Shown here: piece by piece, positions 40,528 through 52,712 of the stretch
How the letters are laid out: every line of letters begins with the position of its first letter
Numbering within the stretch: the stretch's first letter is position 1
NCBI GenBank assembly: GCA_963782525.1
Contig: CAWAKC010000003.1
Coordinates: forward strand, 352,001-416,000
Source: Candidatus Bathyarchaeota archaeon
GTDB lineage: Archaea; Thermoproteota; Bathyarchaeia; Bathyarchaeales; Bathycorpusculaceae
Reading direction: 5' to 3'
Length of the DNA stretch: 64,000 bases
Notes under the pieces: generated by a model
What the model saw: the letters and a program-made list of their open reading frames with translations, nothing else
What the model was told of the DNA's origin: nothing
Databases searched by the model: none
Made by a program: the position numbers and the translations under genes

Positions 40528-41523
40528 ATGTTGATTGTAGAGGGCGTCAGGTACAATCCTTGGACTCCTAAAGATGAAGAGAAAGAGTTCCATCCACTTG
40601 TAAAGGCACAGTCTAAGGAAATCTTTGGTAAAGATTCGATTTACTTTGATGTTAAAACAACTCTTAAGTCAGCTTCAGGTATAGGGTCAATTCCAGATGC
40701 TTATGTCGTAGATTTAGCTGAACCCTATCAATGGTATGTCATAGAAAATGAGTTAGCGACTCACCCAGTTTACGACCACATTGTAAAGCAATTAACCAAA
40801 TTCATTAACGGAATTGACAACCAAAATAGCAGAGCTCAAATTTTGGAACTATTGTACAACGAAATTAACTTGGACAACAATTTGAGAACTACTGTTTTGG
40901 CTAAAACCAAATCTGTTGATGTTTACCACTTCTTATCGAGGCTATTCTCTAAGAGCCCTAAAATAGTTGTTATCATTGACGAGAAAACTGCAGATGTGGA
41001 AGAAGCTTGCCAAGCACTAAAATATGCACCAGAAATAATAGAGTTTAAAACTTTTAGACAAGAGGACGATTTTAGCAAGTATGCTCACCTTTTTGAGCCT
41101 CTTTATAAAACTAGCACAGAAGCCAAAAAAGAAGACCCCACAATAATTGTAAAGGACAGCCCCATACAAAATAATCATCCAAATGAAGTCACTGAAATTA
41201 TTATGGATACCTTTCAGAGAATCAAAACAGCAATGTACCAACTTGACCCTAAGATAACTGTAAATCAAACAAGGGCTTACACATCTTTAAAACTGAATCG
41301 CATCTTTGCTTACATCCATTTTAGGAAAACGAAGATGCATATCATAATAATGCTTCCTTCTGAGGTTGCAAATAGTTTTATTCATAAACATCAGATTCGG
41401 CAAATTCCTCAAAGAAGCCAACAGTATTGGGGTGGTCCGTCTTTCCAGGTGACAATTGATAATGATAATAATTTAGAAGAAATAATCAATGCATTAGAAG
41501 AAGCATACAAACGACGAATCTGA
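40528..41523 (+). CDS. PD-(D/E)xK-like nuclease domain plus DUF5655-like C-terminal domain
   Basis: EEKEF..IPDAYVVD..WYVIENELATH; C-terminal AYTSLKLNRIFAYIHFRKTKMHI..EEAY. Confidence 0.6.
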   Translation: MLIVEGVRYNPWTPKDEEKEFHPLVKAQSKEIFGKDSIYFDVKTTLKSASGIGSIPDAYVVDLAEPYQWYVIENELATHPVYDHIVKQLTKFINGIDNQNSRAQILELLYNEINLDNNLRTTVLAKTKSVDVYHFLSRLFSKSPKIVVIIDEKTADVEEACQALKYAPEIIEFKTFRQEDDFSKYAHLFEPLYKTSTEAKKEDPTIIVKDSPIQNNHPNEVTEIIMDTFQRIKTAMYQLDPKITVNQTRAYTSLKLNRIFAYIHFRKTKMHIIIMLPSEVANSFIHKHQIRQIPQRSQQYWGGPSFQVTIDNDNNLEEIINALEEAYKRRI

Positions 41524-41766
41524 TGATCTCGAAAATCGAACTAATCTTAGAATGAAATGGAACCCATAAAAAACAACTGAATCACTTTCGCCGTTGTTAC
41601 TGAGTAATTCCTGAAATGTCAACTCTTTAAATAGATTAACCGGAAGACAATCACAAACAGAAAAAATTCTAAGTGAATTGACCATTTTTTTATTTCAGCA
41701 TTAGACCTAGAAACTTGATAAATTTTATTAACACACAGAGATTACAAAAGACATAAGGGAATAAAA

Positions 41767-42030
41767 TTGTCCAAGCCTATGAAAAGGAAAAGACCGTGGA
41801 AAAACAGGCATCTGTTGAAAGAAGTTCTAATGAGTGATGGCTTCAAACTAACTTTTTGGATGTACGAATGGGAAGATGATGTTGCGTTGAAACTTGATCA
41901 TAAGTTTTGTGTAAGAATGCTGAAGAAGAATCCTGCAGGCAGAGTCCTTCTTACTGAACAAATTGGTGTTAGGGTCGATAACTGGAGCAGGTTTATCAGT
42001 GAAATCAACAGTCTTAGCATCAATGTATAG
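41767..42030 (+). CDS. Small hypothetical protein
   Basis: 87-aa ORF only. Confidence 0.45.
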   Translation: MSKPMKRKRPWKNRHLLKEVLMSDGFKLTFWMYEWEDDVALKLDHKFCVRMLKKNPAGRVLLTEQIGVRVDNWSRFISEINSLSINV

Positions 42031-42433
42031 CGCATTTTTCTTTTAATTCACACTCTATTTTCTTAACAATTTCATCGACATCGACTAATTCGTGTTCCCA
42101 GAATCGGAGGACTTTCCAACCTTCAGCTTCAAGCCGTTCTTTCTTTGCAAGGTCTCGCTCGACATTCTTCTTGAGTTTGGGACCCCAATACGCCTTATTA
42201 CTTTTGGGTAAGTGCGAATGAATTGGACAAAGATGCCAAAAACAACCATCTACAAAAATGGCAATTTTTTTAGATGGAAAAGCAATATCTATTTTTTCTG
42301 TTCCGTATTGAACTCTAAATCTTAAATCCTTTTTCCAAAGAGCTTTTCTTAGTGCAAGCTCAGGTTTAGTATTTTTAGAACGTATGGAAGACATTATTTG
42401 TGAGCGTTTTTCTTTGGTAATTTTATCGACCAT
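42020..42433 (-). CDS. vsr: Very short patch repair endonuclease
   Basis: RSQIMSSIRSKNTKPE, FVDGCFWH, GWKVLRFWEHE. Confidence 0.96.
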   Translation of the reverse strand: MVDKITKEKRSQIMSSIRSKNTKPELALRKALWKKDLRFRVQYGTEKIDIAFPSKKIAIFVDGCFWHLCPIHSHLPKSNKAYWGPKLKKNVERDLAKKERLEAEGWKVLRFWEHELVDVDEIVKKIECELKEKCAIH

Positions 42434-42476
42434 GCGTCCTCAAACCTTAATATTATAAACAACCAAATATTAGCGC

Positions 42477-43333
42477 ATGTCCCCGAGTGTCCTAACTGCA
42501 ATAAAAAACATAGCCAATTTTGGGAAAAGCGACTTGAAGGCATACTCGTCAAATTATCTTATACGCATTAATGCCGTGGGGGAGCCATTGGAGTTCTTTG
42601 TCAAAGATGCATTCTGCAACTCTTTCACCTCAGTTTCACAAGAGAAAGAAGAAAAACATCGGTGCACATTCTCATGGCTAGGCAACCAGAATTTTCCACC
42701 TGATCTGATGATTCGTAATGGTGATGCATTCGAGATAAAGAAAATCGAATCGATAAAGCCTTCAATAGCCCTCAATAGTTCTCCGCCAAAAGATATGCTC
42801 TACTATGATGACCCAAGGATTATTGATGCAGTAAGAAAATGCGATAATGGATTTGGAAGGCAAAAGACCTTTTTTACTCAATAGGTTGTGTCCAAGGAGG
42901 CAAGATAAGATACCTCTTTTTTGTTCAAGGAACTTGTTACGCTGCCGGAAGGGAAGTTTACGAAAAAATTGAAAACAAATTAAAACAAGGCGTCGAAGAG
43001 TGCATAAAACTAAATGGAATAGAAGGGGGCAGCGAAACAGCCGAGTTAGGGCGAATCAACAGAGTTGACCCACTTGGCATAACAAACCTTAGAGTAAGAG
43101 GAATGTGGATGATTGAAAATCCCATCCGCGTATTTGATTACCTTTATCATTTTGATAACAAGAAAAACTTCTCTTTGATCGCTCTAATGTTGAAAAGCAA
43201 GTTTGATTCATATCCACAAGAAGACATTGAAGCATTAAATCAGAGTAACATTAAAATTCAGGCTGTAAGAACAAAAAATCCCAATAACCCTGCCGAAATG
43301 ATGGACACACAATTAATTACGTCGGGATGGTAA
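42477..43333 (+). CDS. NgoPII-family type II restriction endonuclease (GGCC predicted), frameshift near 42850
   Basis: FSWLGNQNFPPDLMIRNGDAFEIKKIES..IALNSS; second frame CYAA..ELGRINRVDPLGITNLRVRGMWMIENP. Confidence 0.85.
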
Positions 43334-44362
43334 ATGCTCAAAATCGTTTCATTATTCTCTGGGTGCGGCGGACTTGACCTTGGCTTTGCAAAAGCAGGGT
43401 TCTAGTAGTTTATGCTAATGATAACGACCCAGTTGTCTGGGAAACATTTGAAAAAAACCACAACATCTCAATTGAAAAAAAGTCACTATTTGAAATTAAG
43501 TCTATTGAAATCCCCCAATCGGATGGAATAATAGGTGGGCCCCCATGCCAAAGCTGGAGCCTTGCTGGTGAGATGCGGGGGGCAAACGATGAACGAGGTC
43601 AACTATTTTATGAGTACATTAGGGTGCTTAAGTTAAGAACTGAACTTTTTTCTTGCAGAAAATGTACCTGGGATAATTTCTAGAACCCACATTGAAGAGT
43701 TTAACAAGATTTTGAGTAAACTTTCTACATTAGGCTATACAGTAAATTATCAGCTTGTAAACGCAACAGATTACGGTATTCCGCAAGAGAGGAAGCGGGT
43801 GATAGTTGTAGGGATAAAAAAATCGTTGGGGATCCGGTTCATATTCCCTCAGCCAACTCATTCAGAACAAGGAAACAAGACACTTGATGGGCAAAAAACC
43901 CAGAAATGGCTGACGCTAAAGGATGCAATTGGCGATCTTCCTGAGCCTACTCGTGCCCAAGAAAAAAACAAAGCGAATGAGAATTTAACAATACCTAACC
44001 ATGAATACATGAATGGAAGTTTTTCTTCAATCTATATGTCAAGAAATAGGCGGAGGAACTGGAATGAGCCTTCTTTCACAATTCAAGCTGGCGGAAGGCA
44101 TGCCCCTCTTCATCCATCATCCTGCGAAATGACAAAAGTCGAAAAAGATTTATGGAAATTCAAGGGAAAAAACCCTGTCTTCAGAAGATTATCCGTAAGA
44201 GAGGCTGCAAGAATACAAACTTTCCCAGACGACTTTATCTTTTATTACAAAAATATTGCAGATGGTTACAAAATGATAGGAAATGCCGTGCCTATTAAGC
44301 TCGCACAAGTTATAGCACAAAAGATTAAAAATGATCTGAGCAACAATTCAAATGTTAAATGA
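43334..44362 (+). CDS. HaeIII/NgoPII-type C5 cytosine methyltransferase, frameshifts near 43403 and 43640
   Basis: SLFSGCGGLDLG, GGPPCQSWS, ENVPG, PQERKRV, TRD FSSIYMSRNR..FTIQAGGRHAPLHP, GNAVP. Confidence 0.92.
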
Positions 44363-44364
44363 GT

Positions 44365-44442
44365 GGCCCGGTAGCTCAGCTTGGCTGGAGCGTTCGACCG
44401 ATAATCGAAAGGTCGGCAGTTCAAATCCGCCTCGGCCCACCA
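44365..44442 (+). tRNA. tRNA-Ile(GAT), with three non-canonical positions
   Basis: Cloverleaf: TAGCTCAG D-arm, TTCGA-CCGATAA-TCGAA anticodon arm, GGCAG-TTCAAAT-CCGCC T-arm, encoded CCA. Confidence 0.85.
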
Positions 44443-44579
44443 ATTTCTTCTTTCCAAAAAAAGCCCATAATCCTATTTATGTCATTTCTGAGCCCATAAT
44501 TGATTCAAATTAGCTAACAATAGCGAAAGTGCAGAAACGTTATATCCAATTTGGTAGGATAACATATCTGGTTGATTAA

Positions 44580-47556
44580 GTGCCAGAAAGTGTTCCAATC
44601 AAATACTCACTAATTAGGATTAAGAATCAAACAGGCACATATTTCGTTACCAATATTATTGAAAGTCTAACTCAAAAAGAAGCTGAGTTAAGACGGGTCG
44701 GTTTAGAATCGAAAGAATTCGTCTATAAGCCTATTGAATCATTAGAACAGTTGCCTTTTCCATTTCGTGAACCTTTGGACTATTTCACACAGTTGATAGT
44801 GCAAGGCTTAAAGTCTAATTCTGAAAAATTCCAAACCGCATTTCAGTGCAATACAATATTCAAGCATTACCAGCTAAGACCTTTGCTAAAATTTGCATCT
44901 AACCCTGAACGACGATTACTAATTGCAGACGAAACAGGATTGGGCAAAACCATAGAAACCGGTTACATCCTTCTAAATGAAATAGTCAGTCGAAACATAA
45001 AGAGAATTGTCGTCTTATGCCCTGCAAGCCTTCAAAACAAATGGCAGGGTGAATTATGGCAAAAATTTGGTTTGCGTTTTGAAATAGTCACCGGAAAGAT
45101 ATTGCTAGATTCAATCCTAAACACGAAGAAATCATTTCAGTTTATAGCGTCAATTGATTGCATACGTTCCTTCGACGAAAATGATTTACTCAAAATCAAA
45201 GACAATGAAATAGATCTGCTAGTAATTGACGAAATTCATCATATGATAGGTAGAAGTGGTGACATCCTTAGAAGAAAATTCGGAATAGGATTATCGCTAA
45301 TTGCTGACGGCGTTATTGGATTAACTGCCACACCCGTGCAACTGGAGATGATGGATTTAAAGCGAATATTAGATGTCATAAAGCCTGGAGCCTTGACAGA
45401 TAATGAATTCAATATCGCTGTCTGGATAAACTCTCACTTAAACAGGCTTTATAAGCTACTTGGTCAATCGCCTTGGACAAAAGAAGCAGAAAAAATTTTT
45501 ATTCAAGAACTAATCTCTTCATAGAAGAAACCAGACAGCGTGGAAAAGATTATCCTCAAGCTATAGAACCATTTCTAACTAATTTTGCATCCAAAATAAC
45601 TCGAGCTTTAGAAAGCAGTACAGAACAATATAGCATAAGAAGCGAGATTAGAGAGAAAAACAGTTTTTCAACTTTCATCACTCGAGCAAGACGAATAGAA
45701 GTAGGAGAAAACAGAATTCGCTTTATTGAAAATAAAAGAATTAACCTCAATACCCTTTGCCTTGAAGCTTTTCAAGCAGGGAATCTGGTAAGCGTTTCAG
45801 AAAAGAGCTTATTTCAAGAAATTGACGATTTTATCGTCTCATCTTTTTCTCATGCGCACCGCAGACAACTATACTCCTGCTTACCCGCAATGGTAGAACT
45901 CATGCGATACGGGATGAAAGGATTAAACGTCTGGGCAGATGACCAATGGGAAAACGTTGAAGCTGTTCTGTCCAAAGATGAAATAAAAAAATCTGAAATT
46001 CTCGCAAACAAATTTGCCCTTAACCGCAAAGATACAAAATGGGAAGAGCTCAAAAAAACAATCAACAAGCTTCATGAAAAGCGGTCAGCAAGAAAAGTTA
46101 TAGTTTTTACCCAGTGGATCCTTACGATCGAATATTTCCGAACCAAAAAACAAGAAATAGGTCTTCCAAGCTTCATCATTTCAGGGCAAGATAACGAGCA
46201 AACGAGGGATAGAGTAATTGACGACTTCATTAATTACGGTGATTTCTGTATCTTATTTTCAACAGACGTCATGTCCGAAGGTTTGGATCTTCAGAGTGCA
46301 GACTGCATAATCAACTATGACTTACCTAGCAATCCCCAAAGAATAGAACAAAGAATAGGTAGAATTGACAGAATAGGGCAAAAATCTGAGACAATAACTG
46401 TAATCAACTTTTTCCTCGAGGAGCCTCTTGATCAAAGAATACGTGAATTGCTAATAGACCGAATCAAGGTTTTTGAAACTGGATTGGGAGACCTGCCCAA
46501 AACAATAATCGAAAAAATTGAAGCTGGACGCTCTTTAGATGAAGATGAAATAATTAGAACTGCATTTGAAATTGAAACCAGAAAAAAACTTTTGGAAAGC
46601 GAAGTATTTATCGGATTAGATGAGGAATTAGACCAAGAAATCAACATAATTCAGAACGGAAACAAAGAATTTTACCGCCTGCGGTGGCTGGCTCTCTAAA
46701 GACTCCTTTATTTAATTCTGGGAGAAGAACAAACCCGAAAAATACAAGTTGACAAGGACTCATTGATTCTGTCTAATCTTGAGGAAATTGACATTGCAAC
46801 CCTTGGAAAAACAGTCAGCCTAAAAGATCGAGTAGAAGTTCAAGAGCAACTTCAAAGTATTCTAAGCGAAAAAGGAACCCCACGAATTATCTTCAAAAAA
46901 GACGGAATAGGCCTATTTCTGCCCTATTTCCATCCACTTATGCGAAGTGCATTGGACATTTCTTACTCATCGTTAATTATTGGTAAGGATCAAAAAGAAT
47001 TTGAGACCACATACCTTTTGATCCGAGGAAATATAAAGAAGCTGAATTTGGAATCAACGGTACTCATTTTGACAGAATTCACTTACAAAGGGTTTAGTTT
47101 AGGGTATTGCAAATGGACATGGTTTTCTATCTTAGATGATCACAGAATTAAAGAAATGAATAATCCCATTCTAGAAGGATAATAGAATTATTCAGAGAAA
47201 ACAAGATTTCCATTGAAATTTCGCCAAAAACTAACTTCATTGAGCATGTAAAGGAACAAATTGAAAAAACCCTTGTTATATGGGTGGAAAAACAATGCAA
47301 AAAAGATTTAGTCTATTCGCGATTCAAAATCAAAGCTGACCTCCAACGATTCAAAGAACAAATCAGTTTTATTGAACGAATAGCTTTTGAGGGCCATCTT
47401 AATTTTAAAAAGCAAATTGATGCCACAAACAGTCAAAAACGGATTTTAGAACTCCAGAAGACTCTCAACGCCGTAGAGACTTGGAATAAAGCTTATAATG
47501 AAAACGCTACGAGTATGAGGTTATTGACGGTTATCGAATTTGAGCAAAAACTTTAA
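44580..47556 (+). CDS. SNF2/RapA-like helicase (DpdE/DrmD-like), split into four ORFs
   Basis: LLIADETGLGKT, IDEIHH, LTATPVQ, SEGLDLQ, NYDLPSNPQRIEQRIGRIDRIGQ; fragments 44580-45524, 45473-46699, 46763-47182, 47284-47556. Confidence 0.85.
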
Positions 47557-47622
47557 CTCCACAAATCTTCGATGCACTAAATGTGAGGCTCAAAAGCCTA
47601 AATCTGAGATAGAAGAATCTCA

Positions 47623-50600
47623 ATGGAAGAATTGGATTCCTGCCAAAATTGTTCAGATAAAGTAATTGGATTGAAGTTAATTGATTTTATCAAAACCAGA
47701 ATTCAAGTAACAGAGCCTGAAGATAACCGGAGCCGGTTTATATTTCGAGAACTAATCCAGAATGCAGACGATAAGCAAGCAGAAATTCTAGTCCTAAGAT
47801 TTGAAGAGGACGCATTATATGTAACTAACGACGGTAAAGCATTTACAACGCATTCGAATGGAGATTTTGATAAAATCTCCAGAATTCTGGGTAGACACCA
47901 ATCCGAGGATAAAGAAGCTACAGGTCATTTTGGAAGTGGCTTCCAAACAGTATATGCTATCACAAATAGCCCAGAAGTACATTCAAGTGGTCATAGTCGT
48001 AGAATGAACCCCTACACCAATGAATGGGACCAAAATTTTGAGGGTCTTTTTTTTGAGCGTAAATCTCCATACATTATTAAACCCGATAAAAAAGGTGTTC
48101 TTTTCAGATTTCCGTGGAGAGATAACAAAGCAGCTCAAGAAACAATACGCGGCGAAAATGTTTGGGAGGATAGCACCTACTGGCCAAGATGGCAGAAAAA
48201 AGAAAGAAAAGAATTGTTTGAAGATTTAAAAAGCTACATACTGCATGCAATAATTTGTTGCCGATTTCTAAAAACGATTCGACTAATTTGGCATCAACAA
48301 AACCTAAGTTGTCAAGATTTCTATCTTGGTTTTCAAGTTGTGCGAAATTTTCAATTAAACGGAAATGAAGCTACAAACCGCACAAGGTACAACATCGGGA
48401 CAATAGATCGAGGAGAAATCGACCCTTACGAGTGGACTAAAGAAAATAGTTGGAACGATAGCTTCCAGCTCGAAAAGTGGCGTTGGAAAGAACCAATTCA
48501 AGTATTTAAGTACCTAATAGGCGAAAATACGGTTAGTGAAAACGGCAAAAAGATATTCTTAGTTAAGAAACCAGACCACATAATCACTGTTACACCAACT
48601 TATTATCCTGAAGACAAAATCCTCAAGAGAGGAGATATTTTTGTTCTATTTCCTCTATTTGAGCACAACCTTGAATCAGTTACTGACAAGGGGGCTTTTT
48701 TGTATAGTGTGATCCCCCTGCCAACACGAGGAAAAAACAAATTCATTTTCTCAGGACACTTTCAACCATCTGAAGATAGAAAAGATGTTGATGTCGATGG
48801 ACAAAATGGAGTCTATGGAATTTGGTATCAACATGTTATGAATAGCATTCTAAGATTATATGCAGATCTATTCACAATACTATTAGAACAAATACAGTCA
48901 GGTAAAATAAAACTTGAAAATAGTCAACAAATAATCTTTAACGCTGTCCCTGGCGATAGCCTTTCAGAGTGGATGCGCCCTGGAAAGGAAAACCGCAATG
49001 AATGGACTCTTAAAAGTAAAGCACTATTCAATGAGCTCTTGACTTCTATAGTTGAAAAGCCTATACTTTATTCAAACGGAAAATGGATCAAACCTTCAGA
49101 TGCGTATTGGGCAAATGACGATTTAGAAAAGAAAGTATTTGAAATCATGGGTCATGAAGTTTATACAAAACAATTTACCGAGCATCCTAACTTCAAAAAC
49201 ATATTAGCAGAACGCTTAGAAAAGCAAAAAATAGATAACGCAAAATTTAATTTCATATGGGGGCAATTTTTTGAACATAATAAGAATCAAAGCGGCTTTC
49301 TTTGCTATGGACAAAGGCTCCAAAATAGAAAATTGCTTGACAGAGAAACAATAGAAATACTTATCAAGTTTTGTCTTTACGAACAAAAACCAATAGAAAT
49401 ACAAAATAAAATGATTATTCCAGGAAGAGATGGTGTTCTAAGACGGATTAGAGATTACCCTTTGTTAAAACCGAACTTTCAATTCCTTTTCGAAATTTTA
49501 CCTGATTCAGATTCAATACATGATGACTTTAGGACTTCCCAACTAATTGAAAAGCATAAGGAACTACTCGTTGATTACCGAAACGAAGATCAGGTAATTT
49601 ATCTGTTGGATAGCTTGTTCAGGGCTTCAAAAGCTGACATTCAAAATATTTCTGCAACTCAGCATAAGGCTTTATCAAAATTTTTAAGAACTTTAGTGGA
49701 CTCGCCTGAATGGGGACCCAAAGAAAGCCTAAAAGACCGTAGATTCATACCCTACAAGCAAGGAGATAATGTTAATGTTGGAACTCTCAATGTTGAAGAG
49801 ACGGTTTCAGGATCGCATTGGATTTCTGGTGAAAAAATTGAGCGAAATTATGAAAGATCTTCAATCTATGGAATGCAATTAAACCCAGTGCCAGCGCCCT
49901 CACATCTGAGGTAGAGTCAAAAATAAAATTTCTTTGGTTAGTTGAATGCGGGAAAGAAGAGGTTGCAAAAATCGAAAATAAACTGAGTTTTATTAAACTA
50001 ATGGCGGTAAAGGATAATCCATCAAACTTTGTTAGACACTTTTTATCAACTCAGCATGGATCTTTATTTGAAGATCAAATCCTCAGCAATTTTACTGGGC
50101 TGAAAGACTCTGTTCAACTCAATCTACAAAAAAAGCAGTTTCTAAAAGCTTTGAGAATTTATTATAAATCTGAAAAAGAAGGAGAACGTTATTTGACAAG
50201 GGAAGACATGTCTAAAGTCCCTTGTTTTTATGATGAAACTGAAAAATGGCATCCCGCGGGAAAATTCGTTTTACATCTAAAGCCTGAACTAGGTATTTTT
50301 GGAATCAAATCTCTGCACGCTGATTTCAATGATTGGCCGGAAAAGACGCTTTTGGCAATCGGAGTTGAGGAATCACTCAAATGCTCCATAATAATTGAAA
50401 CAATTAAGGCATTTGCAAAAGAAAAAGAACTGCACAGAAAAGAATTGCAGGAGATACTTTCGTGGCTAATAACGTCAAATGTCGGTATCGGAACTGAATT
50501 CAGAGGAGATATTGAATTTTCTGAACAGTTGTGGGTACCTACAACTGATGGAGAATTCAAAAATCCTAAAGCAGTTTTAATACCGACAACTGAAAATAAA

Positions 50601-52712
50601 TTAATACTAGGCGAAGACTTTGAAGGTTTTTTGGATCTATCCTTAAGCAAAACCATTATAGAAAACAAAGAATATTTTGACGAAAAAGCTAAAAAGCAAA
50701 TAGATTCACTAACAATAAGATCAACGCCCTCTTTAGAAATCATGCTAACAGTCTTAAAGAAAAAGCGAGAACAGAATAAAACTCCTCCCCCGAACCTTTT
50801 TGAAGCTCTTGATAAAGAAATAAGAGCCGATGCAGAAAAGAGCAAAAGAATAATGATGAATGATAGGTATGGCTATTTTTATGATAGTGAATGGATTGAT
50901 TCATGGAATATCAAAATTATGGATCCAGCAAGCATCCCGAAAGAGCTGCAGGGAATAATAAAGATAATACCTCCAAGTAGTCCGCATGAAGAATATTTAC
51001 TTGCAGATGGTGCTAGGACACAACTCTCTCCAAATGATATTATGAAACCAATGGCATCAAAAAAAATTGAAGCTTCATTAAAGCTTTGGGACCTATTGCG
51101 GGAGTTAGAAAGTCAAATTGATTTAGATGACATCGAAAACTTTGGAAAACTAAGCATCTACCCAATTAATGACGAACTGTTTTCCCCATCGAAAATAGTT
51201 TATGAAGAAAAATCAGGATTTATTGGGGAAGGACCCATAGGCAATTGGTACATACTTGGACCTGATTTAGCATCAAGACACAAAAGTATTCTTGGAAAAT
51301 TAGGTGCAAAGAGTGCTGTAAATCTTACTTTTTTAGACATTTTTGAGTTACTTAAAAGCCAGAAAAAAATGAAAACTAAACTTGACCCAGTTACCGTTTC
51401 TAAGGTTTTGCGATTAATAAAAAAGTTAAGTGAAATTAACTTCGGGAACTTTCCTAGTGAACTGCTCTGGCCAGCAGAGTGTAATGGAGAATTTGTTTGG
51501 AAAACACCACAAGAATGCTATTTCAGAGATGCAATTTCAATTCCAGAGGAATTCAAACACAAACTTAATTTCATTACACTTAAAATTGATCAAAAAGTTG
51601 ACGGTCAATTAAAGAACTACGCTGTTAAAAGTGGGACAAAATCTTTCAAAGAATCACTAACTAAGCTTGGGAAGATTGAGTATTTTGGCGATGGTGCGGA
51701 TGAAACTAGCCCTCGATTTTACAACATTTTATCAAAGGCTTTAAGCCAACATTTCAATTCAGTAAAATATGCTAATAAATTCAATTGGCTTACTGATGCT
51801 GAAGCTCGAATTTCAGAGACAATAAAGGTGTCTTACACAATCGACGGCATTAGCGCCAATATTAATAAGGCTGCTTTAGTTGAATTTCGAAACTCGTACT
51901 GGACCGTATCTATTGCAAGTCTGGAACCAAAAGGGTTCGTTTTAGAACAATTATCTGAAGAAATAGCTGATACTTGCTTAATGCAAGGATTCCCGGAATC
52001 AAACTTGGAAGAATTGCGGAATATTCTATACAAATTGCTAACCAACGAGATAAACGAGTGGAAATACTCTATTCCTGATTTTGAACCGACAGCTGAAGAG
52101 GAAATAATGGTTAATCCTGTTGTAAATTCGTCCAAAAGAAAAGGAATAATCATTGGTTCAGGTTTCAATCAACCCGAAGACATTGTTGAATTAACCGAAG
52201 TATTCCGAGAAAACAATTACGAAACGAATGCAGCAGGATATATTCCGACAAAGGGTCAGCTCACTAACTGGTATAATTGTTGTCAAATTTGTGGTAATCA
52301 AACTCCAGGCGATGAGTCTGGATATAACACTTATGAAACATTAAAACGAGTTATTACCAACAGAGGCGGCAGATATCAAGGTGAGAATCAAGGTTATGAT
52401 GTCAATAACAGCTTACTTTTATGCCCCACCCATCAAGTATTATGGATAAGAACATTAGTTAGGTTCCCTGAAATAGACAACCCACCGTCTGATCTTAAAG
52501 AAAAAATAATGCAAAAAATTAAAGAGGAAATAGAAGATACAGAATCAATATCATATCCGTGCGAGGTATTTGAAGGAGAGAGAGACCCAAAAACAGGAAA
52601 ATCCCGTAGCAAATGGGTTAGAAGGGATATTACTTTCAAACCTGAACATTATAGAGGTTTCTTAAAAACCCTGCTTGATTATTTAGAAACAAGAGAAACC
52701 TATAGGACTTGA
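47623..52712 (+). CDS. Sacsin-like GHKL ATPase with C-terminal HNH-like domain, split near 49900
   Basis: IFRELIQNADD, NDGKAF, GHFGSGFQTVYAITNSP, LFRFP, SGHFQPSEDRKD; C-terminal CQICG..LLLCPTH. Confidence 0.8.

Noticed and set aside
44266-44457. 63-aa minus-strand ORF
   Set aside because: Antisense to tRNA-Ile and the end of the MTase
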